Source: Gaiellaceae bacterium
GTDB taxonomy: Bacteria; Actinomycetota; Thermoleophilia; Gaiellales; Gaiellaceae
Assembly (NCBI GenBank): GCA_035651895.1
Contig: DASREW010000032.1
Span: 18,584-82,583 of the forward strand
Reading direction: 5' to 3'
DNA: 64,000 nt
A program made the position numbers and the translations under genes. This document shows positions 46,279-55,208 of this stretch, piece after piece; the stretch's first letter is position 1; every line of letters begins with the position of its first letter. Below the pieces are notes generated by a model. The model searched no databases, had not been told where the DNA came from, and saw nothing but the letters and a program-made list of their open reading frames with translations.

Positions 46279-47636
46279 TGGGCGGGACCGCGCCTGCGGA
46301 GATTGTCGAGCGCGTCTGGGCGCGCGACGCGACGCTGTGGACGGGCGCCGACGAGGCGAAGTGGCTCGGCTGGCTCGACGAGCCGTGGCGCATGCGCGAG
46401 GACGTCGATCTGCTGCTGCAGTTCGCGGACTCGATGGTCGACCGCATCGACGCGGTCGTGCTCTTCGGCATGGGCGGCTCGTCGCTCGCCCCGGAGGTGC
46501 TCAAGCGGACGTTCCGGCAGGAGACGTTCCACGTGCTCGACACGACCCACCCCGAGGCGATCCGCGAGCTCGAACGAAAGGTCGACGTCGAGCGCACGCT
46601 GTTCATCTCGGCGTCGAAGTCGGGAACGACGCTCGAGACGCGCTCGCACACCGACTACTTCCATGCGAAGGGCGGGCTGTGGGCGGCGATCACGGACCCC
46701 GGATCGGAGCTCGAGCAGTTCGCGCGCGCCAACGAGTTCGAGGCGGTGTTCGCCGGCGAGCCGACGATCGGCGGGCGCTACTCCGCGCTCTCGCCGTTCG
46801 GGATGGTGCCGGCTGCGCTGATGGGCATCGACGTCACGGGCTTGCTCGGGCGGGCGCAGGAGATGGCCGAGGCCTGCCGCCTCGCCGAGGGCAACCCGGG
46901 CCTCGAGCTCGGCCTGTCGATGGGCGAGAACTGGCAGGACGGACGCGACAAGGTGTGCTTCCCGGAGAGCGAGGCCGGCTTCGGTCTGTGGGCCGAGCAG
47001 CTGATCGCCGAGTCGACAGGCAAGCAGGGCAAGGGGCTCATTCCGGCCCCCGGCGAATCGCCGGACGGCCCGGACCGGCAGGCGCAGGACGTGCGGCTCT
47101 CCGGCGAGTACGAGCTCGGCCAGGAGTTCTTCCGCTGGGAGTTCGCGGTCGCGGTCGCCGGCTCGATCCTCGGCATCAACGCGTTCGACCAGCCGGACGT
47201 GCAGGCGGGCAAGGACAAGACGCGGCAGATCCTGGCCTCCGGCGAGGAGCCGGACGTCTCGCCGAAGAGCTCGCCGGAAGAGCTGTACGCGCAGGCGCGG
47301 GAGGGCGACTACGTCTGCATTCAGGCGTTCGTGAATCCCACTGCGGCGAACGAGGAGAAGGTGCTCGCGCTCGCGGCGCAGGCGCGCGAGGCGACCGGGT
47401 GCATCGTGACGCACGGTTTCGGCCCGCGCTTCCAGCACTCGACCGGCCAGCTGCACAAGGGCGGCCCGCCGACGGGGCTCTACCTGCAGGTGGTCGACGA
47501 CACGGGCGACGAGCTGCCGATCCCGAACCAGCCGTTCGGGTTCGCCAAGCTCATCCGCGCGCAGGCCGCGGGCGACTATGCACTGCTCGAGGAGCGCGGC
47601 CGGCGGCTCGCGAGGATCCGATTGGAGGATGTGTAG
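46278..47636 (+). CDS. pgi: Glucose-6-phosphate isomerase (short actinobacterial/Tal-associated type)
   Basis: 452 aa from ATG 46278 (1-nt overlap with the tal stop): GMGGSSLAPEV, FISASKSGTTLET, GGRYSALS. Confidence 0.85.
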   Translation: MGGTAPAEIVERVWARDATLWTGADEAKWLGWLDEPWRMREDVDLLLQFADSMVDRIDAVVLFGMGGSSLAPEVLKRTFRQETFHVLDTTHPEAIRELERKVDVERTLFISASKSGTTLETRSHTDYFHAKGGLWAAITDPGSELEQFARANEFEAVFAGEPTIGGRYSALSPFGMVPAALMGIDVTGLLGRAQEMAEACRLAEGNPGLELGLSMGENWQDGRDKVCFPESEAGFGLWAEQLIAESTGKQGKGLIPAPGESPDGPDRQAQDVRLSGEYELGQEFFRWEFAVAVAGSILGINAFDQPDVQAGKDKTRQILASGEEPDVSPKSSPEELYAQAREGDYVCIQAFVNPTAANEEKVLALAAQAREATGCIVTHGFGPRFQHSTGQLHKGGPPTGLYLQVVDDTGDELPIPNQPFGFAKLIRAQAAGDYALLEERGRRLARIRLEDV

Positions 47637-48542
47637 ATGCAACTCGGCATGATCGGGCTCGGCCGCATGGGCGGCAACATGGCGAAGCGCCTCGAGGAGC
47701 ACGGCCACGAGGTGAAGACCTACGACCCGGGCGTCGAGTCGACCGCGAAGACGCTCGAGGAGCTCCGCGACCAGCTCGCTGCGCCGCGGACGTTCTGGAT
47801 GATGGTGCCGGCGGGGAAGGTCACCGAGGACACCTTCGACACGCTGCTCGGGCTCGCCGAGCCGGGGGACGTGATCGTCGACGGCGGCAACTCGAACTTC
47901 CGCGACTCGCAGCGGCGGTACGCGGCGGCGAAGGAGAAGGGCATCGGCTTCTGCGACTGCGGCACCTCCGGCGGCGTCTGGGGCCTCGAGGTCGGCTACT
48001 GCCTGATGGTCGGCGGTGACGACGGCCCGATCGCGCAGGCCGAGCCGGCCTTCCGCGCCCTCGCGCCCGAGGACGGCTACGCACACGTCGGCGGCGCCGG
48101 CGCCGGCCACTTCGTGAAGATGGTCCACAACGGCATCGAGTACGGGCTGATGCAGGCCTACGCCGAGGGCTTCGAGGTGATGAGCGCATCGGAGTTCGAC
48201 CTCGACCTGCACGAGATCGCAGGCATCTGGCGCTACGGATCCGTCGTCCGGTCGTGGCTGCTCGAGCTGCTGCACGCGGCCTTCGAGAAGGAGGGCTCGC
48301 ACCTCGAGAAGATCGAGGGCTACGTCGAGGACTCGGGTGAAGGGCGCTGGACGATTGCCGAGGCGATCGCCGAGGACGTCCCGGTGCCGGTCATCACCGC
48401 GGCGCTGTTCGCGCGGTTCGCCTCGCGCCAGAAGGAGTCGTTCGCTGCGAAGGTGAACGCGGCGCTCCGCAACCAGTTCGGCGGCCACGCCGTGAAGGCC
48501 GTCGAGACGGCGCAGGCGCAGACGCAGGATCCGCGGGCGTGA
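47637..48542 (+). CDS. gnd: 6-phosphogluconate dehydrogenase, decarboxylating (short form)
   Basis: 301 aa: MQLGMIGLGRMGGNMAKRL, GAGHFVKMVHNGIEYG. Confidence 0.88.
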   Translation: MQLGMIGLGRMGGNMAKRLEEHGHEVKTYDPGVESTAKTLEELRDQLAAPRTFWMMVPAGKVTEDTFDTLLGLAEPGDVIVDGGNSNFRDSQRRYAAAKEKGIGFCDCGTSGGVWGLEVGYCLMVGGDDGPIAQAEPAFRALAPEDGYAHVGGAGAGHFVKMVHNGIEYGLMQAYAEGFEVMSASEFDLDLHEIAGIWRYGSVVRSWLLELLHAAFEKEGSHLEKIEGYVEDSGEGRWTIAEAIAEDVPVPVITAALFARFASRQKESFAAKVNAALRNQFGGHAVKAVETAQAQTQDPRA

Positions 48543-50050
48543 GTACGGCGGCGACCGAGAATCCGCTCGCCGAAGGCCTCCGGCTTCGCCGCCGGCCGGA
48601 CCCGTGCATCCTCGTCATCTTCGGCGCGTCGGGCGATCTCACCTCGAAGAAGCTCCTGCCGGCGCTGTACGCGCTCGCCGTGCGCGGTCTGCTGCCGGAG
48701 AAGTTCGGCATCGTCGGCGCCGCGCGCACCGAGGAGACCGACGACGAGTTTCGCGAACGGATGAAGCAGGCGGTCAAGGACCACGCGCGCGATCAGTTCG
48801 ACGAGGAGACCTGGGACAAGCTCGCGACGGGGATGCGCTACGTCACGCTCGACTTCGCCGACGACAAGGGCGAGGACGAGCTGCGGGACGCGCTGACGAA
48901 GCTCGACGAGGAGCAGGGCACCGGCGGCAACCGGATGTACTACTTCGCGGTCCCGCCGAGCGCGATCGGCACGCTCGTCGAGGAGATCGCCGAGCGCCGG
49001 AACGCCGAGGGCTGGGTCAGGCTGATCATCGAGAAGCCGTTCGGGCACGACCTCGCGTCGGCCGAGGCGCTCAACGCCGAGATCAAGGAGCACTTCGCGG
49101 AGAACGAGGTCTTCCGCATCGACCACTATCTCGGCAAGGAGACGGTGCAGAACATGCTGGCGCTGCGCTTCGCGAACGGCATCTTCGAGCCGATCTGGAA
49201 CCGTCAGTTCATCGACCACGTGCAGATCACGGTCGCCGAGTCGATCGGGATCGAGAACCGTGCCGGCTACTACGAGCAGGCGGGCGCGATCCGCGACATC
49301 TTCCAGAACCACCTGCTGCAGCTCGTCGCGATCACGGCGATGGAGCCGCCGATCGACTTCACCGCCGACTCGGTGCGCAACGAGAAGGTGAAGGTGCTGA
49401 AGTCGATGCACACGCCCGGGCCGAAGCACGTCGTGCGCGGCCAGTACGGGCCGGGGTTCGTCGAGGGCGAGGAGGTGCGCGGCTACCGCGAGGAGGAGGG
49501 CGTCGCACCGGGCTCGATGACGGAGACGTTCGTCGCGGCGAAGCTCTTCGTCGACAACTGGCGCTGGGCGGACACGCCGTTCTACGTGCGCATGGGCAAG
49601 CGGCTTGCGCGGCGAGAGACGACGATCGCGATTCAGTTCAAGCGTGCGCCGCATCCGCCGTTCGAGGACGGCGCGGCGGAAGGGTTGCGGCCGAACGTGC
49701 TCCTCATTCACGTACAGCCGAACGAGGGCATCTCGCTCGCGATCGGGGCGAAGGTGCCGGGGCAGGGGATGACGATCCGCACCGTGCACATGGACTTTCT
49801 CTACGGCGGTGCGTTCCGCGAAGGCCTCCCGGACGCGTACGAGCGGCTGATCCTCGACGCGATGCTCGGCGACGCGACGCTGTTCACGCGCTCGGACGAG
49901 ATCGAGGAGCAGTGGGCGCTCGTCGACGCGATCGTCGCGTTCTGGCAGCGCGACCGTCCGTCGTTCCCGAACTACGCCGCGGGGACGTGGGGGCCGGCAG
50001 CGGCGGATGACCTCCTGCACCGGGACGGACGGTCGTGGCGCCGACACTGA
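48539..50050 (+). CDS. zwf: Glucose-6-phosphate 1-dehydrogenase
   Basis: 503 aa: FGASGDLTSKKL, RIDHYLGKETVQN. The GTG overlaps the gnd stop. Confidence 0.93.
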   Translation: MSTAATENPLAEGLRLRRRPDPCILVIFGASGDLTSKKLLPALYALAVRGLLPEKFGIVGAARTEETDDEFRERMKQAVKDHARDQFDEETWDKLATGMRYVTLDFADDKGEDELRDALTKLDEEQGTGGNRMYYFAVPPSAIGTLVEEIAERRNAEGWVRLIIEKPFGHDLASAEALNAEIKEHFAENEVFRIDHYLGKETVQNMLALRFANGIFEPIWNRQFIDHVQITVAESIGIENRAGYYEQAGAIRDIFQNHLLQLVAITAMEPPIDFTADSVRNEKVKVLKSMHTPGPKHVVRGQYGPGFVEGEEVRGYREEEGVAPGSMTETFVAAKLFVDNWRWADTPFYVRMGKRLARRETTIAIQFKRAPHPPFEDGAAEGLRPNVLLIHVQPNEGISLAIGAKVPGQGMTIRTVHMDFLYGGAFREGLPDAYERLILDAMLGDATLFTRSDEIEEQWALVDAIVAFWQRDRPSFPNYAAGTWGPAAADDLLHRDGRSWRRH

Positions 50051-50919
50051 TCGAAGACTCGTGGACCGGCGAGGACACGACGGTCGCAGAGATCGAGCGC
50101 GAGCTCGCCCGCCTGCGCTACGAGTCGTCGAGCGAAGGCTCGCAGCCGAATCTGCGCACGTCGGTGATGACGCACATCGCGTGGGTGCCGCCGCAGTGGC
50201 AGGTCGCCGCGGAGGAGACGCTCTCCGGGATGGCGGAGCGGCATCCGTCGCGCACGCTGCTGCTCGTGCCGAAGCCGGACGAGCCCGACGGGCTCGACGC
50301 GCTGGTCTCGATCCGCTGCTTCCCGGTCGGCGACCGGGCGATCTGCGGCGAGGTGGTCGAGCTCACGTTGCGCGGGACGCGAGCAGCGGCACCGGCGTCG
50401 ATCGTGCTGCCGCTCTTGATCTCGGACCTGCCGGTGTTCTGCCGCTGGCGCGGCGAGCCCGACTGGGACTCGGCGGAGCTCGACCAGCTGATCGGGGTCA
50501 TCGACCGGCTGATCGTCGACTCGACGGAGTGGGAGAAGCTGCCGGTGCCCTATGAACGGCTGGTGCAGCTCTTCGACCACGTCGTCGTGTCGGACATTGC
50601 GTGGGACCGCACCGAGCGGTGGCGCACGCTGCTCGCGTCGTTGTGGCCGGAGATCGGCTCGGTCGAGCGCGTGCGCGTCCACGGCACGGCCGCGCAGGCG
50701 TACCTGCTCGCCGGCTGGCTGCGTTCGCGCCTCGGTCACGACCTGGAGGTGGAGATCGACGAGCACGAGACGCTCGAAGGCGTCGACCTCGACGGCAAGC
50801 CGGCGAAGTTCCCTCCCGGCAGACCGCCCGGCGCGAGCGATGTCCTCTCCGCGCAGCTCGACCGCTTCGCCCGCGACCGCGTCTACGAGGACGCGGTGCG
50901 CGCTGCCGTCGGCGTCTGA
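50035..50919 (+). CDS. opcA: Glucose-6-phosphate dehydrogenase assembly protein OpcA
   Basis: 294 aa, immediately after zwf and overlapping it by 16 nt. OpcA-like sequence LRTSVMTHIAW...LPVFCRWRGEP. Confidence 0.85.
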   Translation: MAPTLIEDSWTGEDTTVAEIERELARLRYESSSEGSQPNLRTSVMTHIAWVPPQWQVAAEETLSGMAERHPSRTLLLVPKPDEPDGLDALVSIRCFPVGDRAICGEVVELTLRGTRAAAPASIVLPLLISDLPVFCRWRGEPDWDSAELDQLIGVIDRLIVDSTEWEKLPVPYERLVQLFDHVVVSDIAWDRTERWRTLLASLWPEIGSVERVRVHGTAAQAYLLAGWLRSRLGHDLEVEIDEHETLEGVDLDGKPAKFPPGRPPGASDVLSAQLDRFARDRVYEDAVRAAVGV

Positions 50920-51610
50920 CAGCAGTCAGACACCTGTCTGACACACGCGACCGTGTCTTCTCTGCGCCGATTGTGTGAACGCGCTCGACGCGACCGCCGG
51001 GCTCCGGCACCGTGGCGGGATGGCTCCGCCTCGACTCGAGATCCCCGGCGCGATCTATCACATCAACAGCAAGGCAGTGCACGGAGCGAAGTTGTTCGTC
51101 GACGACAGCGACCGTTTCCTCTTTCTTCGGTTGTTGAAGCGTGAGGCGATCCGAAGTGACTGGTGCGTCCTCACGTACTCGCTGATGACCACGCACTTCC
51201 ATCTCCTATTGCGCCTCGAGAAAGCGTCCCTGAGCAGCGGCTTCCACGCTCTCAACTCGCACTACGCGCGGCTGTACAACCGCCGGCACGACCGGCGCGG
51301 CGCTCTGTGGCAGCGCCGCTACTTCGACTCCATCGTCGAGACCGAGCGACATCTCTTCGAGGCGGTGCGCTACATCGCACTGAATGCACCACGGGCCAGG
51401 ATCTGCAGTGACGCGCACGAGTGGCCATGGTGTAGCTACGGCGCTGCGGTCGGTCTCGCGCCGGCCGATCCGATCGTCAACGAGCGAGAGCTCCTGCGCC
51501 TCTTCGGGACACGTCCACGTGACGCACGACGGGCGTTGCGCAGGTGGGTCGAGAGTGCCGATCCGCGCTTCACTCCGAGTCAGACACGAACCTGACAGCT
51601 GTCAGACGCC
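50911..51610 (+). mobile_element. IS200/IS605-like or RAYT cassette: Y1 transposase gene bracketed by 29-nt imperfect inverted repeats built from GTCTGAC/GTCAGAC heptamers
   Basis: Left repeat 50914-50942 is GTCTGACAGCAGTCAGACACCTGTCTGAC. The reverse complement of the right repeat 51579-51607 is GTCTGACAGCTGTCAGGTTCGTGTCTGAC (24/29 identical). The outermost 13 nt, GGCGTCTGACAGC, are a perfect inverted repeat (50911-50923 / 51598-51610). Confidence 0.75.
51020..51595 (+). CDS. Y1 (HUH) transposase, IS200-like / REP-associated tyrosine transposase (RAYT)
   Basis: MAPPRLEIPGAIYHINSKAVHG. HUH motif in TTHFHLLLR and catalytic Tyr region AVRYIALNAPRA. I prefer ATG 51020 over the track GTG 50975. 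Confidence 0.8.
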   Translation: MAPPRLEIPGAIYHINSKAVHGAKLFVDDSDRFLFLRLLKREAIRSDWCVLTYSLMTTHFHLLLRLEKASLSSGFHALNSHYARLYNRRHDRRGALWQRRYFDSIVETERHLFEAVRYIALNAPRARICSDAHEWPWCSYGAAVGLAPADPIVNERELLRLFGTRPRDARRALRRWVESADPRFTPSQTRT

Positions 51611-52351
51611 GAGAAGTGAGACCACCTCGTCGTGGAGGAGGGAGTTCGTGGCGGCGAAGCTCTCGCCGGGCGCCGGAGCTGCGCCGGTGAAGGTCGTGCA
51701 GCGGCCGCCGGCCTCCTCGACGATCAGCGCGATCGCGGCGTAGTCCCACAGGTTCAGATCCGGATCGACCGCGACGTCGACCGCGCCCTCCGCGACGAGG
51801 CAGTACTGCCAGAAGTCGCTCAGCCCGCGCGTTGCCCAGGCCCGCGCCACCACGTCCGACCAGCCGGACGGCAGCTCGCGCGGGCTCGTCGTCGAGACGA
51901 ACGCGTCCTCGATGCGCGCCACCGACGACACGCGGCACGGAGACCCGTCGGCGAACGCGCCCTCGTCGCGCGCAGCCCACCAGCGACGCCCGAGCGCCGG
52001 CGCCGACACGAGCCCGGCCACGACGACACCCTCGCGCTCGAGTGCGAGCAGCGTCGCCCACACCGGCACGCCGCGCACGTAGTTCTTCGTCCCGTCGATC
52101 GGGTCGACGATCCACCGCGCGTCGCCGCCGTCGTCGCCGAACTCCTCGCCGAGCACGCGCTCGCCGCGCCCCGACGAGGCGACGAGCTCCCGCAGCGCCT
52201 CCTCGGCACCACGATCCGCCTCGGAGACCGGAGTGAGATCCGGCTTCGTCTCCACGCGAAGGTCGGCCGCGCGGAACCGCGCCAGCGTGATCGCGTCCGC
52301 CGCGTCGGCAAGCCGATGCGCAAACGCCAGATCCGCCGACACACCGCTCAC
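51602..52351 (-). CDS. hisN: Inositol monophosphatase family protein, histidinol-phosphatase HisN-like
   Basis: 249 aa: KPDLTPVSEADR, WIVDPIDGTKNYVRGVPVWATLLAL, LWDYAA. Confidence 0.8.
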   Translation of the reverse strand: MSGVSADLAFAHRLADAADAITLARFRAADLRVETKPDLTPVSEADRGAEEALRELVASSGRGERVLGEEFGDDGGDARWIVDPIDGTKNYVRGVPVWATLLALEREGVVVAGLVSAPALGRRWWAARDEGAFADGSPCRVSSVARIEDAFVSTTSPRELPSGWSDVVARAWATRGLSDFWQYCLVAEGAVDVAVDPDLNLWDYAAIALIVEEAGGRCTTFTGAAPAPGESFAATNSLLHDEVVSLLGV

Positions 52352-52361
52352 GCGGCTGACG

Positions 52362-54176
52362 CTACTTGACGACGACGAAGCTGTCGCCCGAGATGCGCAG
52401 GCGCACCGGCGTCGACCAGCTCATCTCCTGCGCGCCCGCGGGCAGCGCCGGATCGATCCCGCGCACGCGATACCACCACGTCCCGGTGTCAGTCTTCGAC
52501 AGCGGCAGGACGATCGAGGTCGCCGCGGTCGTCGTCGACCACGTCGAGTTCCACGGGTAGAGCTTGCGTGAGACCTGAATCTCGTACTCGGTCGCGCCCA
52601 CCGCCGGCAGCCACGCGACGAGCGGCGAGTCGTGCACGACCGGGTTCTTCGAGGCCGACGCGATCACACGCCCGTTGCTCGAGAGCCCCGACACGAACGG
52701 CGTTCCCTGCTCCGTCACGACCGGCTGCGAGACCTTGCCGAAGCTCATCCCGTCGCCTGCCTCGCACTGATCCTGCGGCACCGCCGTGTCGTGGTACTCG
52801 ATCGGCACGCCAGACGTCTGGGTCTCCGTCGCTGTGGTCACGCCGTACGGCTGGATCTCGACCGGGACGACCGTCCAGTAGTACCGGCCGTTCGGCCAGC
52901 CCGAGTCCCACAGGTCGACCTCCGCAGGTTCGGCGCCGGACGCGCTGCCCGATGCCGACGTCACCGTCGTCGAGCTACCGGACGAGGTGCCCGTGCTGAC
53001 CTGTGCACCGGGGGTCTCGTTCGGGGTCACGGTCTCGCCGGTCGCGTCGTAGGAGTGGCCCTCCGGCCCCGTCTGGAACGGCCAGGCGAAGCTCTCCCAG
53101 GTCGCGAGCGTCGTCGTGTCCTGCGGCAGCTCGAGCGGGCCGCCGACCGTCCGCGGCGCGAAGGCCGGCGAGCCGACGACCGATCCGGCGAACACCTGGT
53201 TGACGCAGTGATCGTCCGTGAAGATGTAGACGCGGTAGAGCGCCGGGAGCTTCGACGTGTAGGTCGAGAGGAAGGGGTCGTTGACCGGCAAGGATGCGGT
53301 CCAGGCGAAGCCCGGAGTGAGGTCGTGCGCCGACGGCGACTTGATGCTCTTGTCCCACGTGTCGGAGATCGTCGCGTCCGGCTCCGGTGTCGCGGTCGGC
53401 GAAAGCGACGTCGGGCAGCTGTACGTCGACGAAGGAAGCGTCGCGGACATCGTGCAGCTCGTGAACAGCTGGCTCCACGGCCCGAACGACTCGCGCGGCA
53501 TCCCGTTCTTCAGCAGATCCTTGTCGTCGATGTAGCGCACTGCGCGCACGCGCCAGGTGATCGACGCCGGCGGCGTGCGGAACGTCCAGAACTCGCGCTC
53601 GTCCGCGACGTTCGTCGTCGTCTCGAACGCGGTCGAGCCGGAAAGCTGCGGGTAGAGCACCTCGTACGAGGTCGCGCCCTCGACCGGCTTCCAGCGGATG
53701 AGCCCCGGAGGAGCGGATTCCTGCTGCGGGTAGTCCTGATCCGTCCAGCGCATGTTGAAGCCGAAGGGCTGGCTCCACGGTGTGACGATCTTCCCGTTCG
53801 CCGACTCCCAGCGCACGTGCGCCCACAGCGCGTACGGCACGCCCGTCATCCAGGGCAGCTGGTGCGCGATCGCGACGGCCGGGATGGTCAGCTTCGTGTA
53901 GCTGAAGAGCACGGACTCGTCGCTGAACGAGCGCGAGTCGGCGAGCTCGAAGTCGTACGTGCCGCCCTTCGCCGACACCGGGTTCCACGAGAACGACGGT
54001 GTCCGCGGGTAGTACTGCTGCGCCGGCTCGTTCGGGTCGAGCAGGAACGCGTGCAGCCCGGTCGGTGCCGCGGTTGCGGCGTGGTACGGCGCCGGGCCAC
54101 CGCTGCCCTCGACCGTCGCGAGGGAGCCGGGGACGAACACGAGCGCCGCCAGGAAGCAGGCAACGAGAACCTTCAC
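52362..54176 (-). CDS. Secreted protein of unknown function with FN3-like modules
   Basis: 604 aa with signal peptide MKVLVACFLAALVFVPGSLA. The W-x-P-V-x-GA-T-x-YE motif recurs (IRWKPVEGATSYEV, VAWLPAVGATEYEI, FSWNPVSAKGGTYDFE). Confidence 0.7.
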   Translation of the reverse strand: MKVLVACFLAALVFVPGSLATVEGSGGPAPYHAATAAPTGLHAFLLDPNEPAQQYYPRTPSFSWNPVSAKGGTYDFELADSRSFSDESVLFSYTKLTIPAVAIAHQLPWMTGVPYALWAHVRWESANGKIVTPWSQPFGFNMRWTDQDYPQQESAPPGLIRWKPVEGATSYEVLYPQLSGSTAFETTTNVADEREFWTFRTPPASITWRVRAVRYIDDKDLLKNGMPRESFGPWSQLFTSCTMSATLPSSTYSCPTSLSPTATPEPDATISDTWDKSIKSPSAHDLTPGFAWTASLPVNDPFLSTYTSKLPALYRVYIFTDDHCVNQVFAGSVVGSPAFAPRTVGGPLELPQDTTTLATWESFAWPFQTGPEGHSYDATGETVTPNETPGAQVSTGTSSGSSTTVTSASGSASGAEPAEVDLWDSGWPNGRYYWTVVPVEIQPYGVTTATETQTSGVPIEYHDTAVPQDQCEAGDGMSFGKVSQPVVTEQGTPFVSGLSSNGRVIASASKNPVVHDSPLVAWLPAVGATEYEIQVSRKLYPWNSTWSTTTAATSIVLPLSKTDTGTWWYRVRGIDPALPAGAQEMSWSTPVRLRISGDSFVVVK

Positions 54177-54200
54177 GCTTTCTCTGTCGGCAGGCGGCCG

Positions 54201-55208
54201 CTAGGCCTTGAGCGCTTCGAACGCCAGTCCGGCGCCCAAAACGAGTGCGTCGGCCCCTGCGCGCCCCGCGATCTGCGTGTTTCCAAGCGCCAGCGCGGGC
54301 CAGCCGAGCGCGTTGAACGGGAACGTGTAGAGCGTCATCGCCGCCCGAACCTCGACCTCGACGGCATCGACCGGTGGTACGGGGCAGGACAGGACCGGGG
54401 TGACGAGCAGGTCGAATCCCGCCAGCGCCTCCTCGGCGCGTTCGCGCAGCTCCGCGCGGGCCCGCACGGCGGCGTCGTACTCGCCGTCGTCGACCGCCAG
54501 GCATCGTTCGATCTTGCCGCGGATGTTCTCGCCGTAGAGCTCCGCGTGTTCGAGATACAGCTCGCGGTGCACGTCCGCGACCTCGCGCATGAACGCGCGC
54601 ACGACGGGCTCGGCGGTCGGGAAGTCGATCGTCGCGTCGTCGCTCCACGCGCGTGCGATCGCCAGGTCGTCGAGCGACACCTCCGGCACGTCGAGGTCGA
54701 GGAGCTCGATGCAGCCGGCGACGTCGCGAGCCATCGGGCCGGCGTGGTCGAAGCTCGGGGCGAGCGGGAAGATGCCGTCCGTCGGCCACAGGCCGTAGGT
54801 GGGCTTGAAGCCGGCGAGGTCGCAGCAGGCGGCGGGGATGCGAATCGAGCCGCCGGTGTCGGTGCCGAGCGCGACGTCCGCCTCGTCGAGCACGAGCGCC
54901 GCAGCCGAGCCGCCGGACGAGCCGCCCGCGGTGAGCGCGGGATGGCGCGGGTTGGGGACGACGCCGTAGTGGAGGTTCTGCGACGTGACCCCGTACGCGA
55001 ACTCGTGTAGGTTCGTCTTGCCGACGTTGACGTAGCCGCGCGTCTCGAGCGCCGCGACGACGGGCGCGGTCTGCGCCGGCACGTGGTCGCCGAACACCGC
55101 CGAGCCGTAGGTCGTGCGGATCCCGGCGGTGTCGAAGAGATCCTTGACGGCGAGGCGGCGACCGCGCGTGCCGTCGGCGAGCTTCGTGATCCAGACGCCG
55201 TCCGTCAT
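54201..55208 (-). CDS. Amidase-signature family amidase (compact, 335 aa)
   Basis: Catalytic Lys in LAVKDLFD and Ser-cisSer in GGSSGGSAAAL...GTDTGGSIRIPA. The ATG overlaps the NUDIX stop (ATGA). Confidence 0.85.
   Translation of the reverse strand: MTDGVWITKLADGTRGRRLAVKDLFDTAGIRTTYGSAVFGDHVPAQTAPVVAALETRGYVNVGKTNLHEFAYGVTSQNLHYGVVPNPRHPALTAGGSSGGSAAALVLDEADVALGTDTGGSIRIPAACCDLAGFKPTYGLWPTDGIFPLAPSFDHAGPMARDVAGCIELLDLDVPEVSLDDLAIARAWSDDATIDFPTAEPVVRAFMREVADVHRELYLEHAELYGENIRGKIERCLAVDDGEYDAAVRARAELRERAEEALAGFDLLVTPVLSCPVPPVDAVEVEVRAAMTLYTFPFNALGWPALALGNTQIAGRAGADALVLGAGLAFEALKA

Noticed and set aside
50920-51019. Possibility that a degraded pgl (6-phosphogluconolactonase) remnant lies between opcA and hisN.
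   Set aside because: The space is fully accounted for by the transposase cassette, and no frame shows lactonase-like sequence. pgl may simply be elsewhere in the genome.
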